Assembly (NCBI GenBank): GCA_963666975.2
Contig: CAXVYR010000004.1
Location: 2,048,001-2,112,000, forward strand
DNA from: Terriglobia bacterium
GTDB taxonomy: Bacteria; Acidobacteriota; Terriglobia; 2-12-FULL-54-10
Length of the DNA stretch: 64,000 bases
Reading direction: 5' to 3'
Positions 11,082-21,591 of this stretch are shown piece by piece. A model generated the notes under the pieces. The model saw only the letters and a list, made by a program, of their open reading frames with translations, made no database searches and was not told the origin of the DNA. The translations under genes were made by a program, and so were the position numbers. Position 1 is the stretch's first letter. Every line of letters begins with the position of its first letter.

Positions 11082-12677
11082 TCAAGCATCTTGCTGGGCC
11101 ATCTCAACAGCCTGGAGCAGCGCTTTTCCCTTGTTCAGCGTCTCCTCATACTCTTTCTCCGGGACCGAGTCGGCCACGATCCCTGCGCCTGCCTGAATGC
11201 AGGCCTTGCCGCCGGTGACCACCATCGTGCGAATGCTGATACAGGAGTTGAGGTTCCCGGAAAAATCCAGATACAGCACGGCCCCGGCATAAACGCCGCG
11301 CCGTGCCGGCTCCAGCTCCGAGATAATCTGCATGGCCCTCACCTTGGGCGCGCCCGAGACCGTGCCGGCGGGAAAGCATGCCCACAAGGTGTCCCATGCG
11401 TCCACTTCCGGGCGAAGCTTTCCGCGAACGCTTGAAACCAGGTGCATCACGTGGGAGTAGCGCTCCACGAACATAAACTCCGGGACCTCCACCGTTCCGT
11501 AGCGGCAGACACGCCCCACGTCGTTGCGCCCCAGGTCCACCAGCATCACATGCTCGGCGCGCTCCTTCTCATCTCCCAGCAGCTCCTGTTCCAATTGTTT
11601 GTCCTGTTCGGGAGTCTTGCCGCGCGGACGTGTGCCGGCAATGGGCCGGTACTCCACATCCTCCCCGCTGACCTTCACCAGCATCTCGGGCGAGGAGCCC
11701 AGCACGCAGTCATCGCCCATGCGCAGAAAAAACAGATAAGGCGACGGATTCACCCGGCGCAGCGCGCGGTAGATTTCAAAAGGGTCCACGCGAATCTTGG
11801 TTTCCAGCCGCTGCGAGAGCACCACCTGAAAGATGTCTCCGGCCTGGATATGCTGTTTGGCCTGGCGAACTTTCTCGATAAACCCGCCCTTGCTGATATT
11901 GGAGCGGAGGGAGAGCGGAACAGACCGGCGTTTCGGGGAAGCTTTTTGCTGTCTCTCTATGGCCAGCGGCGACTGGAGCTTTTTTTCGATCCTCTGAATC
12001 TCCTGCTCCGCACGGCTGTAGAGGGAGCGCAGCCATTTTTTCGAAGTCGGCTGCTCGCACCGCACGTTGCAGATGATGGTGATCTGGTGCTTCACATGGT
12101 CAAAGACCAGCACCGTCGAGAAAAACATGAAGACGGCGTCCGGCATGCCGGGTTGGGCTCTCTCCTTCAGACGAACGGGCTCTCGCAGGCTGATCAGATC
12201 ATAGGCCATGTACCCCACGGCGCCCGCGGAAAAAGGCGGCAGCTCATCCACACGAACAGGCCGGAAGGAGGCGAGCAGTTCCCGTGTCATCTCCATGAGG
12301 TCGCCCTTCACCTGTCGCGCCCGCCCCTTCTCGATGATCTCGATCTTGCCCTCAGCCGACGGGGAAGCGCCGCCCGCCCTGGGCTTTTTGCCTTCCGGCG
12401 GCCTTTTCGGCATCCGGAAACGGACAATGAGAAACGGGTCTGCGCCCAGATAAGTGTAGCGGGCAATCGTCTCCCCGCCTTCCACGCTCTCAAACAAGAA
12501 GGAGAAATTCTTCTGGTTGCGACCTTCCTTGTTGTGCCGGGCCCCGGTCCGGCTACTGGTCAGCTTCAGGTAAGCCGAAACCGGGGTCAGCAAATCCGCC
12601 GGGACTGACTTCCACACCGGGATCAGGTTTCCCTGGCGAGCAAGATCGGAAAACTTCTCGGGACCGGGAAGAATCAT
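11082..12677 (-). CDS. trpE: Anthranilate synthase component I
   Basis: GDIFQVVLSQR, NPSPY, EHVMLVDLGRND, FPAGTVSGAPK. Confidence 0.96.
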   Translation of the reverse strand: MILPGPEKFSDLARQGNLIPVWKSVPADLLTPVSAYLKLTSSRTGARHNKEGRNQKNFSFLFESVEGGETIARYTYLGADPFLIVRFRMPKRPPEGKKPRAGGASPSAEGKIEIIEKGRARQVKGDLMEMTRELLASFRPVRVDELPPFSAGAVGYMAYDLISLREPVRLKERAQPGMPDAVFMFFSTVLVFDHVKHQITIICNVRCEQPTSKKWLRSLYSRAEQEIQRIEKKLQSPLAIERQQKASPKRRSVPLSLRSNISKGGFIEKVRQAKQHIQAGDIFQVVLSQRLETKIRVDPFEIYRALRRVNPSPYLFFLRMGDDCVLGSSPEMLVKVSGEDVEYRPIAGTRPRGKTPEQDKQLEQELLGDEKERAEHVMLVDLGRNDVGRVCRYGTVEVPEFMFVERYSHVMHLVSSVRGKLRPEVDAWDTLWACFPAGTVSGAPKVRAMQIISELEPARRGVYAGAVLYLDFSGNLNSCISIRTMVVTGGKACIQAGAGIVADSVPEKEYEETLNKGKALLQAVEMAQQDA

Positions 12678-14380
12678 GCCTTCGTCCCGCTTCTTCTGTG
12701 GAGTTGCTGGAGCCGGGAAAGCTCCTGCCGGGCCGTGGTTCGCATACGGCGAAGAGGAGCCTGCCCGCCGGTCCAGTATTCAAACTGCCGCGCCGCCTGC
12801 GCCAGAAACATCTCCAGGCCCGGGATCGTGCGGCATCCGCGCGCGCGGGCAATTTTCAGCAGCCGGGTTTCGGCAGGATTGTAGACCAGATCGAACACCA
12901 GCCTTGCGTTGACCTGTTCCGGCCGCAGGAGGCAGGCTTCCGTTTCCGGCCACATCCCCACGGAGGTGGCGTGAATCAGCAGGCCAAACTGCTCTCGCCG
13001 GAGCGCTCCCATCGGGATGGCTTCGCCGCCCAAAGTTTTTGTAAATGCACGAACCCTGGCGGGACTTCTCCCTGTAACGAAGATGTCCCGGCACCTAAGC
13101 TCCCGGAGGGCGACCCAGGCGGCGCGGGCGGCGCCTCCGTTGCCGACAATCAGGGCCCGGAAATCTCGCGGCAAATGCTCGCCGCTGCCGAGCCGCAGCG
13201 CTTTTCGCAAGGGAACCATGATGCCCTCCACATCCGTATTGATGGCTTCCCATCTGCCCCGCCGCACGCGGACGGTGTTGGCCGCACCCGCCGCCTGGAC
13301 CGTCCGATCCATCCGGTCCACCCAGCGCAGAATCCCTTGCTTGTGAGGAATGGTGACGCTGAACCCGGCCAGGGGGTAGCGGTCCGCCGCGCTGCGGAAA
13401 TCCTTCAGGTCGGAGGAAAGCAAAGGAACATAGACGGCGTCTACTCCGGCGGACCGGAATGCCGCGTTGTGGATGGCCGCGCCCAGCGAGTGGCCCACAG
13501 GATTTCCGAGCAGACCATAGAGAGCCGTCCGGCGGCTCAACGTTTCCGCGCGGTAACTGTTGCGCAAGACCTCCGAGTCGACCTGTCCCGGCGCAGAGGG
13601 CGCAGAGAAGACAGCAGGTTTGTTATTCGGTTGCCGGACAAGAGCCGAACTCGGCCGTCGTGGCGGCGGGCAGGCAGCGTAGACGAAGGCGCTTCCTCTC
13701 GAAAGCGCCAGCACGCGGCTGGGAACTCCCGCTGCTCCCATTGAAAAGGCAATCCACTGTTCTTGCTTCTCTTGTTCTCGCTGCTCTGCTCGCTTCGGGT
13801 TTCTCGTTGCGACTGAGATCAAAAAATCCAGCATGCGGCAATTGTCGGATTGGCGCGTGGCTGTAGGCGCCAGCTTGTAGACCTCCGCCGGGAATCGGCG
13901 GAGACGGCTGGCTGCGGCAGCGAGGGCCGGCGTGCGCTGAAAATCGTGAAATGAGAGGATCAGCAACGCGCGACGATGCAAGGACTCGACCGCCACGCGC
14001 CCGGCGGCCTCTGCGGACTCAATCTCCAGGTCCAGCACTCGGCATCCGGCTGCCGCCGCCCGCCGCAAGATTTCCATCTGCTCGCTGACCGTGCCCCGGA
14101 AGCGCCCGCCGTTCTCCATCCGGCGGCAGGTAGCTTGCAACACGACAGACCTCCCCCGCTGAAGCCGGGACGCGGCTCGGAGCAGCCCGGAAATGCGCGG
14201 CAAAGCCTTCCTCGGATCGCGCAGCCAATCGAGGCGCAGCTCCACCAGAGGGCTATGCCGGAGCGCGTTGCGGGCGCAAGCGAACAGCGTCTCCGGGGTG
14301 TCCCCCGTGGCAGCGATACAGATGCGCGGCAACACGGGCATTTTCTTCGTGTTTTTTTCCTTCCCGGGTTTTTTCTTCAT
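12674..14380 (-). CDS. aroE: Bifunctional type I 3-dehydroquinate dehydratase / shikimate dehydrogenase
   Basis: N-terminal VELRLDWL, SFHDF; C-terminal GNPVGHSL, SVTIPHKQ, AANT, NTDVEG, GNGGAARA, DLVYNP. Confidence 0.92.
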   Translation of the reverse strand: MKKKPGKEKNTKKMPVLPRICIAATGDTPETLFACARNALRHSPLVELRLDWLRDPRKALPRISGLLRAASRLQRGRSVVLQATCRRMENGGRFRGTVSEQMEILRRAAAAGCRVLDLEIESAEAAGRVAVESLHRRALLILSFHDFQRTPALAAAASRLRRFPAEVYKLAPTATRQSDNCRMLDFLISVATRNPKRAEQREQEKQEQWIAFSMGAAGVPSRVLALSRGSAFVYAACPPPRRPSSALVRQPNNKPAVFSAPSAPGQVDSEVLRNSYRAETLSRRTALYGLLGNPVGHSLGAAIHNAAFRSAGVDAVYVPLLSSDLKDFRSAADRYPLAGFSVTIPHKQGILRWVDRMDRTVQAAGAANTVRVRRGRWEAINTDVEGIMVPLRKALRLGSGEHLPRDFRALIVGNGGAARAAWVALRELRCRDIFVTGRSPARVRAFTKTLGGEAIPMGALRREQFGLLIHATSVGMWPETEACLLRPEQVNARLVFDLVYNPAETRLLKIARARGCRTIPGLEMFLAQAARQFEYWTGGQAPLRRMRTTARQELSRLQQLHRRSGTKA

Positions 14381-14627
14381 GAAGCTAAGTTTTTATGATA
14401 AAAGACAGTTGATCGGCTGTCGAGGGGCGTGCTCGGCCCTCTCCTTTTTCTCCCGCAGATGAAGATACGGCACAGGTTGGTGGCGAGTTGCTCCGCGAGG
14501 GTCCCCGCACACCGTCGAGCCACCGGCCGGAGGAAACTGTTCAGGCCGCAAGCCTACACTTCCAGGATACGCTCCTTGGACCTGTACCCGCTCCCGCAGA
14601 TGTGATAGTTTTGAAGATATCTTAAAT

Positions 14628-15461
14628 TTGTGTGGGTGGACGATGGCCTGGCGGTCTGGTTCCCATCTCTATCTGTTGGCAAGCCTTCCCGTGATTGCGG
14701 TTCTCCTGGCGTGGGCCGGGTTTGCCCTGCAACTGGATTCGGCTGACCTGACCATTCCCGGGGAAAAAAAACATGCCGAATTCAGGGACAAACCTCCGGG
14801 GGAGTTCGAATACGTATTTACCCGGCTGGCTCACTACTCGCCGCGGGCGAGAAGCTCCAGGGGGCACACCTGGAACACCGACTATCCCAAGGCGGACCGG
14901 CAATTTTTGCAGGGGGTTTTGCGTTTAACCCATATCGAAGCACGCGAGCAGGAACAGGTGTTGCGGCCGATGGATCCGAATCTGTTCGCTTTCCCTTTCC
15001 TGTACGCCGTGGAAGTAGGATACTGGCGTTTTACCGACGAAGAAGCCGCGCGGTTGCGAGAGTATTTGCTCCGGGGAGGGTTTCTCATAGTGGACGACTT
15101 CCACGGCTCCCGGGAGTGGGCTAGCTTCCTCCGGGAAATGCAAAAGGTGTTTCCGGATCGTCCCATCCGCGAGGTGGAGCTTTCCGACCCGATTTTCCAT
15201 TGCTTTTTTGATATTGAGGAAAAGATCCAAATCCCCGGCCTGCAATATCTTTACAGCGGGCGCACCTATGAGCAGGACGGCGTCACGCCCCATTACCGGG
15301 CCATCTATGACGACAACGACCGCATCATGGTGATGATCAATTTTAACGTGGACCTGGGAGACGCCTGGGAATGGGCCGACCATCCGCAGTATCCGGAGTA
15401 TTACACCTCTTTGGCGTACCGGCTGGGCATCAACTACATCGTTTATTCCATGACCCACTAA
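14628..15461 (+). CDS. DUF4159 domain protein
   Basis: WNTDYPKAD, YLLRGGFLIVDDFHG, DLGDAWEW, RLGINYIVYSMTH. Confidence 0.85.
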   Translation: MCGWTMAWRSGSHLYLLASLPVIAVLLAWAGFALQLDSADLTIPGEKKHAEFRDKPPGEFEYVFTRLAHYSPRARSSRGHTWNTDYPKADRQFLQGVLRLTHIEAREQEQVLRPMDPNLFAFPFLYAVEVGYWRFTDEEAARLREYLLRGGFLIVDDFHGSREWASFLREMQKVFPDRPIREVELSDPIFHCFFDIEEKIQIPGLQYLYSGRTYEQDGVTPHYRAIYDDNDRIMVMINFNVDLGDAWEWADHPQYPEYYTSLAYRLGINYIVYSMTH

Positions 15462-15504
15462 GGGGAAGGGCTCCCGGAGCTGTGCCGAACCGGGTTGGAA
15501 TTTC

Positions 15505-17766
15505 ATGGGCGAAGCAATATTTCGATTTCTTTTCAAGTATCCACCGATTGCCTTCTCGCAGGGCCGTCTCGCCCTGGCTTCTTCGTGGCCGGTCTGGGTG
15601 CTGCTGGCGGCAATCATCCTGGCGGCGGTGTTGCTGGGCCTTTACCTGCGGCGGCTGCGGTCGGCTTTGCCTGCCGGGGCGCGCGTGCTGGTCTGGGGCT
15701 TGCAATCGGTTGCGCTGGCGATTCTCCTGGTGCTGCTGTGGAGCCCCTCTCTGATCCTTTCTACGCTTGTGCCCCAGCAAAATGTGCTGGCCGTGCTTGT
15801 CGATGATTCGGCCAGCATGGCAATGGACGACCAGGGCAGCCCCCGCGTGGATCAGGTCAAAGAAATTCTGGCAGACTCGGGTCCTTTGCTGGGGCAGCTC
15901 CGGGAGAAATTCCAAGTCCGCTTGTACCGTTTTGACAAGGAAGCGGTGCGGATCGACTCCGTGTCCGAGCTGACTGCTTCCGGCGCTTCCTCCCATCTGC
16001 AAGACTCCCTGGCCCAGGCTTACTCTGAACTGCGCCACCTTCCTTTGGCCGGAGTGGTCATCGTCAGCGACGGCGCGGAGAACGGCCCGGCGGCTCCCCG
16101 GGAATTGATGGAGGAATGGAAGGCGCGGAAGATTCCCGTGTACGCTCTGGGCGTGGGAGAAGAAGAGTTCGACCGCGACTTGCAGATCGACGAGGTCTCG
16201 ACACCGCGCACTGCGCTGCCCGGCACTGTTGTTTCGTTCGGCGTGACGGTGCGGCAGCAGGGCTACGTGGGGGAGAGCGCCCGGCTGGAAATCCGGGATG
16301 GAGCGGAAGTGCTGAAATCCCGCGAAATCCACTTCGGCCGCTCACCCGTAGAGACGGTGCAAATGAGTTTCGCCCCCAAATCGGAGGGCATTCCGGAGTA
16401 CACAGTCTCCATCGAGCCGCTCGCCGGGGAGGCTGTGGAAGAAAACAACACTCAATCCCGCGTGGTGGAAGTCCAGGACCGCACCGCCAAAGTTCTCTAC
16501 ATCGAGGGGGAACCCCGGTGGGAGTTCAAATTCATCCGCCGCGCCATGGAAGAAGACCGCAACCTCCGGCTGGTTAGCTTGCTGAGGACTTCGCAGAACA
16601 AATTCTACCGGCAGGGGATCGAGAACGAAGAGGAGCTGGTGGAAGGCTTCCCCGGCCGGGAAGAGCTGTTCCAGTACGACGGGCTGATTTTGGGCAGCAT
16701 CGGGGTTGCTTTCTTCTCGCCCGAGCAGCAGGAAGATATCTACGCCTTTGTCAGCCAAAGAGGCGGCGGATTGCTCTTCCTGGGCGGGCGTTACGCGCTC
16801 GGGGACGGCGGCTACCAAAGCTCCACTCTCGCGGACTTGCTCCCGGTTCAGTTGGACCAGGGGGCCGTCTCGCCGACCTTCCAGCGGACCCCGGTTCGAT
16901 TCCAACTGACGCCGAGAGGCTGGGACCGGTTGCAACTCTCCGAAGACGAGGCAGCAAACCGCGAGAGCTGGGAAAACCTGCCTCTTTTGGGAAATTACCA
17001 GGTTACGGGAGAGCCCAAGCCAGGCGCCGTGGTTCTGGCCGAGGTGGTGGCCCCCGACGGGAAGCGGCACACGCTGCTGGCCTCGCAGCGGTTTGGCCGG
17101 GGCCGAACTTTGATGTTTTCCACCGATGGGTCCTGGCGGTGGCAGATGGAGCTCGACCACACCAACAGTTCCCACAAGACCTTCTGGCAGCAGATTCTGC
17201 ACTCCCTGGTCAGCGACACGCCTCCGCCGGTCAGCATCTCAACCGACAAGGCGCTGTATTTGGACGACCAGCACGTCCGGATACAGGCCGAGATTTACGA
17301 TGAAAACTTTCAGCCGGTGAATGCCGCTTCGACCATTGCTACTATTTCCTCGCCGGATGGGTCTACCGTGGAACTGCCTTTGCAGTTGTCGGTGGAGGAG
17401 GACGGCGTTTTTCGGGGAGAATGGGAGGCCTCTGCTCCCGGCGTCTACCGTGTGGATGTGGTGGCGCGGGCAGGAGAAAAGGAAATCGGCAGGAACAGTG
17501 CGTACTTTCAGCGGGCGGACGGGTCGCTGGAGTATTTCTCCGCCGAACAGAATGTCTCCTTGCTGACTCGGCTGGCAGAGGAAACCGGAGGGGGATACTA
17601 TCCGTTGGAGGAAGCCGGGCGCTTGCCGGAACAGTTGACCTATTCCCCGGCGGGCATCACGGTTCCCGAGGTGCGAGACCTTTGGGACATGCCGTTTTGG
17701 ATTTTGCTGTTGTTCCTGCTGAAGGGAACGGAATGGATTTTAAGAAAACGGTGGCGGTCGATTTGA
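15505..17766 (+). CDS. Membrane protein with VWA-like and glutamine-amidotransferase-like domains
   Basis: N-terminal TM helices; MIDAS-like VDDSASM; SDG; VLYIEGEPRWEFKF; GGGLLFLGG; C-terminal TM. Confidence 0.8.
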   Translation: MGEAIFRFLFKYPPIAFSQGRLALASSWPVWVLLAAIILAAVLLGLYLRRLRSALPAGARVLVWGLQSVALAILLVLLWSPSLILSTLVPQQNVLAVLVDDSASMAMDDQGSPRVDQVKEILADSGPLLGQLREKFQVRLYRFDKEAVRIDSVSELTASGASSHLQDSLAQAYSELRHLPLAGVVIVSDGAENGPAAPRELMEEWKARKIPVYALGVGEEEFDRDLQIDEVSTPRTALPGTVVSFGVTVRQQGYVGESARLEIRDGAEVLKSREIHFGRSPVETVQMSFAPKSEGIPEYTVSIEPLAGEAVEENNTQSRVVEVQDRTAKVLYIEGEPRWEFKFIRRAMEEDRNLRLVSLLRTSQNKFYRQGIENEEELVEGFPGREELFQYDGLILGSIGVAFFSPEQQEDIYAFVSQRGGGLLFLGGRYALGDGGYQSSTLADLLPVQLDQGAVSPTFQRTPVRFQLTPRGWDRLQLSEDEAANRESWENLPLLGNYQVTGEPKPGAVVLAEVVAPDGKRHTLLASQRFGRGRTLMFSTDGSWRWQMELDHTNSSHKTFWQQILHSLVSDTPPPVSISTDKALYLDDQHVRIQAEIYDENFQPVNAASTIATISSPDGSTVELPLQLSVEEDGVFRGEWEASAPGVYRVDVVARAGEKEIGRNSAYFQRADGSLEYFSAEQNVSLLTRLAEETGGGYYPLEEAGRLPEQLTYSPAGITVPEVRDLWDMPFWILLLFLLKGTEWILRKRWRSI

Positions 17767-18878
17767 TGCGAACTAATTTGTTGCCAACTGGGCGGATGGG
17801 TTCAAAAGCAATGCAGCATCGTCGCCCGGCGGCTCGGTTCCGTTCTGTGTGCATGGCTCTGGCGTGGGCGCTCTGCATCCCGAATTTTATGAGCTTTGCC
17901 GCTGCCGCACAGGCTCCGGAAAACGGAATCTACGCCGTGGTCATCTCCGGGCTGGGAGGGGAGCCGGCCTACGGAAAGCTCATCGACCAATGGGGCAAAG
18001 ACCTCTCTTCCGTGCTGCGGAAACACGCAGTCTCCGGGGATCGCGTCTTCTGGCTGGCCGCGAACAAAGAGATGGAGGGAATCTACGCCGAATCCCGCCG
18101 CGAGGAGATCGTCAAACTCATGGAAGAGCTGGCTGCGCGCCTCACCGCCGAGGACACCTTGGAACTGTTCCTGATCGGCCACGGCAGCTATGATGAGTAT
18201 GACTACCGCTTGAACCTCCCCGGTCCGGACCTCACCGCTTCACAGTTGAGCGACCTGCTGGGAGGCATCCGGGCGGGCAGGCAGGTGGTGGTGAACATGA
18301 CGAGTTCGAGCGGCGCAAGCCTGGCTTCCCTGCAGCGCAAAGGTCGCGTGGTGATCACCGCAACCAGCACCGGGAGAGAACGGAATTTTTCCGTATTCGC
18401 CCGCTATTTTACCGAGGCGCTCAATGATCCTGCCGCCGACACGAACAAGAACCGGGAGCTTTCGGTTCTGGAAGCCTTCCAGTATGCCAGCCGGGAGGTG
18501 GCCCGCTACTACAAGGAATTGACGCGGCTGGCCACCGAACACGCGCTGCTGGAGGATCAAGGGGACGGGGAAGGCGCGCGAGAGGCGACGCCGGAAAACG
18601 GGCAGGGATTACTGGCTTCCTCCCTCCCGCTGGTGAACCTGGGGGGACGCACCGCCGCGGATGACGATCCGCAAGCGCGCGCCCTCAGAACCCAAAAGCG
18701 CAAGATCGAAGAGGCCATCGAACAGTTGAAGTACCGCAAGGCTTCTTTTACCTCGGAACAATACTTTGAACGCCTGGAAAAGTTATTGATCGACCTGGCC
18801 GAAGCGGAACAGAACCTGGAAAACTTGGTGCAAGACAATGCAGGGGAAAACGAAAACCGGAATGGCCCGAACCTGTAG
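17766..18878 (+). CDS. Secreted caspase/legumain-fold-like protein
   Basis: Signal-like segment; VVISGLGGE, LFLIGHGS, VNMTSSSG, VITAT; start overlaps the upstream stop. Confidence 0.65.
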   Translation: MRTNLLPTGRMGSKAMQHRRPAARFRSVCMALAWALCIPNFMSFAAAAQAPENGIYAVVISGLGGEPAYGKLIDQWGKDLSSVLRKHAVSGDRVFWLAANKEMEGIYAESRREEIVKLMEELAARLTAEDTLELFLIGHGSYDEYDYRLNLPGPDLTASQLSDLLGGIRAGRQVVVNMTSSSGASLASLQRKGRVVITATSTGRERNFSVFARYFTEALNDPAADTNKNRELSVLEAFQYASREVARYYKELTRLATEHALLEDQGDGEGAREATPENGQGLLASSLPLVNLGGRTAADDDPQARALRTQKRKIEEAIEQLKYRKASFTSEQYFERLEKLLIDLAEAEQNLENLVQDNAGENENRNGPNL

Positions 18879-21564
18879 CAGGAATAAAAACACTGCGCTC
18901 TGCCGGCTCCGAATCCGAACCGGGCAGACGGCGGCGGCTCTTGTCTGTCTGCTGGCGTTGCAAGCGCCGTTGCGGGCAGCGCTCGACGCCGAGAAGACTC
19001 TGCTTGCCAAGGGCCAGTATGAGGAAGCAATCACCCGGTTGGAAGCGGCGGTCTCCCGCGAACCGGACAATTCCGAGGCGGCGGCGCTGCTGCTGGAAGC
19101 GCGTCTGGAGACAGGCGAGTATAGCCGTGCGCTCGAACAGGGAGAGGCGTTCCTGAAGCGCCGGGAAGCAACGGACATCGCCGAAAAGGCTGCCGAAGCC
19201 GCGCTGCGGATTGGAGAGTACGAGCGGGCTGCGGATTTGCTGCGGACGCTCTCCACGCCCCAGGCGTATTGGCTGCGCGGACTCCTGGCCGACAGAAAAG
19301 GCCTGCGGGAGACTGCGCTCGACGCCTGGGAACGCCTTGCCGCCATGGCGCCCGACCCTGCCATTTTCTCCGGCGCGGAGTTGGGCGCCATCGCCGCCGC
19401 TCTGGCTGAGCTCGGCCAGTTTAAGGAGGCGAACCAGGTTTACCGCGAGGCCGTGCGTATAGCGCCCGATCATGCCGGATTAAAAGTCGCCTGGGGCAAT
19501 CTGTTCCTCCAAAAACACAATCCGGGAGAAGCCGGGGGGCTGTATGAAGAGGCCCTGGCGAGCAACGCCAATCATCCCGGCGCACTGGCGGGAATGGCGA
19601 AACGTTCCGCGGGCCGCCAGGAAAGCAAGGCGCAGGAGATGCTGGAGCGCGCCTTGCAGGTGAATCCGAATTTCGCCGAAGCACGGCTGCTGCTGGCCCG
19701 GATGCACCTGGAGCGGGAAGAGTACGGCATCGCCGGCGAGGAATTGGAAAAAACCTTGCGGGTGAACCCGCTTTCGCTCGAGGCGCGGTCCCTGCTCGCG
19801 GTCTCCGCGTATCTCCAAGGCAACTCTGCGACTGTGGAACGGGAATCCATTCCCCGTATTCTCTCCGAGAACCCCGCCTACGGGCAGGTTTTCGCCGACC
19901 TGGGTGATTTCCTCCTGTTGCAGCGCCAGTTTGCCACGGCCGTCGATTTTTACCGCCGCGCCTTGGAGATCGACCCGGACCTGTCGTCGGCGCGGGCAAG
20001 CCTGGGGATCAATCTGTTCCGTCTGGGAAAAGAGCAAGATGCTCGAAACGTTCTGGAAGAGTCGTACCGGCGGGACCCCTACAACGTTTGGACCGTCAAC
20101 ACGCTGCGCCTGATGGACAGCTTCGTCCGCTTTGACGTTTTTGAGACCGAGCATTTCGCCGTCAAGCTCCATAACAAAGAATCGGCGCTCCTCCGTCCCT
20201 ATGTGGAGGATCTGCTGGAAGAAACGCTGGAGGATTTATCCTCGCGGTACGGTTACAAGCCGGACCAGAAGGTCGTCTTTGAGATGTATCCCGACCACGA
20301 AGACTTCGCCGTCCGAACCCTGGGCCTGCCCGGCCTGGGCGCTCTGGGGGCTTCCTTCGGGCCCGTGGTCGCCATGGACAGCCCTTCGGCACGGCCCGCG
20401 GGGACCTTTCACTGGGGGAGCACGCTCTGGCACGAGATGGCTCACGTCATCACGCTCGGCCTCACCTCCAACCGCGTCCCGCGATGGTTCACCGAAGGGC
20501 TTTCGGTTTACGAAGAGAATCAGGCGCGCCCCGGCTGGGGCGATCCCATGAATCCGGCGACTGCCCAGGCGCTGCAACAAAACAAGCTGATGCCGATGGA
20601 GGAACTCAACGGCGCTTTCATCCGCCCCCAGTACCCGGGACAGGTGCAATTCGCTTATTTCCAGGCGGGGATGATCTGCGAGTACATCGTTGCAACATAC
20701 GGTTTCCCCAAGATTCTAGAGATGCTGCACTCCTACGGCGAAGGGAAAAAGGATGCGGCGATCATTGGCGAGGTGCTGGGAACAACCCTGGCCGAGTTTG
20801 ACGCGGATTTTCTCGCCTATGCCAGCGAGCGCACTTTCGGACTGGCGCAGGCCTTTCAGCTGCAAACGGCTCACCCGGATCGAATACCGGGTCACGCGCC
20901 CGGGCAAATGCCGGGCCAAACACCGGACCCATCACCGAACCAATCCGTGGATCAAGTAGTGGATCAGCTTCTCGAAGAAGTGGAACGAAATCCGGACAAC
21001 TTCTTCACCAGGCTGCAACTGGCGGCAGCTTTGAAGAATGGGTCGAAGCTCGAAGAAGCCGCCCTCCATGCGGAGGCGGCCAAAGAACTGTTTCCTCTTT
21101 TTGTCGACCCAGGGAATCCCTACCAGCTTCTGGCGGAGATTTACACGGAGCTGGGACAGAAGGAAAAGGCCGCTACCGAACTGCTGGGTTGGAAAGAAAA
21201 CAGAGGCCGGAACACGGAAGTGTTAAAGGAGCTGGCCGCGCTTTTGAAAGAGCTGGGCCGCACTGCCGAGGCGATCCAAACTCTCGAAGAAGCGCTCTAT
21301 ATATCGCTGTCGGACGTAGAAATTCACGACCGGCTGGGAGAGTGGCATCTGGAGACGGCGAATCCTGAATCGGCCGTGAAAGAATACCGGGCGGTCCTGG
21401 AGCTGGAGCCGGTGGACAAGGCGGGGGCGCATTATCGCCTCGCCAAGGCCTACTGGACGGTGCGGGACAGCCGGAACGCCCGGCAGGAGGTGTTGGCAGC
21501 GCTCGAAATCGCGCCCGGTTATCGCGAGGCACAGAAACTTCTTTTGGAAGTGGTTGGCAAATAG
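18838..21564 (+). CDS. TPR-repeat protein with peptidase MA (HEXXH) domain
   Basis: Many TPRs; TLWHEMAHV..PRWFTEGLSVY zinc motif. Confidence 0.85.
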   Translation: MQGKTKTGMARTCSRNKNTALCRLRIRTGQTAAALVCLLALQAPLRAALDAEKTLLAKGQYEEAITRLEAAVSREPDNSEAAALLLEARLETGEYSRALEQGEAFLKRREATDIAEKAAEAALRIGEYERAADLLRTLSTPQAYWLRGLLADRKGLRETALDAWERLAAMAPDPAIFSGAELGAIAAALAELGQFKEANQVYREAVRIAPDHAGLKVAWGNLFLQKHNPGEAGGLYEEALASNANHPGALAGMAKRSAGRQESKAQEMLERALQVNPNFAEARLLLARMHLEREEYGIAGEELEKTLRVNPLSLEARSLLAVSAYLQGNSATVERESIPRILSENPAYGQVFADLGDFLLLQRQFATAVDFYRRALEIDPDLSSARASLGINLFRLGKEQDARNVLEESYRRDPYNVWTVNTLRLMDSFVRFDVFETEHFAVKLHNKESALLRPYVEDLLEETLEDLSSRYGYKPDQKVVFEMYPDHEDFAVRTLGLPGLGALGASFGPVVAMDSPSARPAGTFHWGSTLWHEMAHVITLGLTSNRVPRWFTEGLSVYEENQARPGWGDPMNPATAQALQQNKLMPMEELNGAFIRPQYPGQVQFAYFQAGMICEYIVATYGFPKILEMLHSYGEGKKDAAIIGEVLGTTLAEFDADFLAYASERTFGLAQAFQLQTAHPDRIPGHAPGQMPGQTPDPSPNQSVDQVVDQLLEEVERNPDNFFTRLQLAAALKNGSKLEEAALHAEAAKELFPLFVDPGNPYQLLAEIYTELGQKEKAATELLGWKENRGRNTEVLKELAALLKELGRTAEAIQTLEEALYISLSDVEIHDRLGEWHLETANPESAVKEYRAVLELEPVDKAGAHYRLAKAYWTVRDSRNARQEVLAALEIAPGYREAQKLLLEVVGK

Positions 21565-21591
21565 AAAATTCAAAACAAGGACACCCCAAGC

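Noticed and set aside
14400-14620. Possible ncRNA or attenuator between aroDE and DUF4159
   Set aside because: No Trp-rich leader peptide or recognisable RNA motif found
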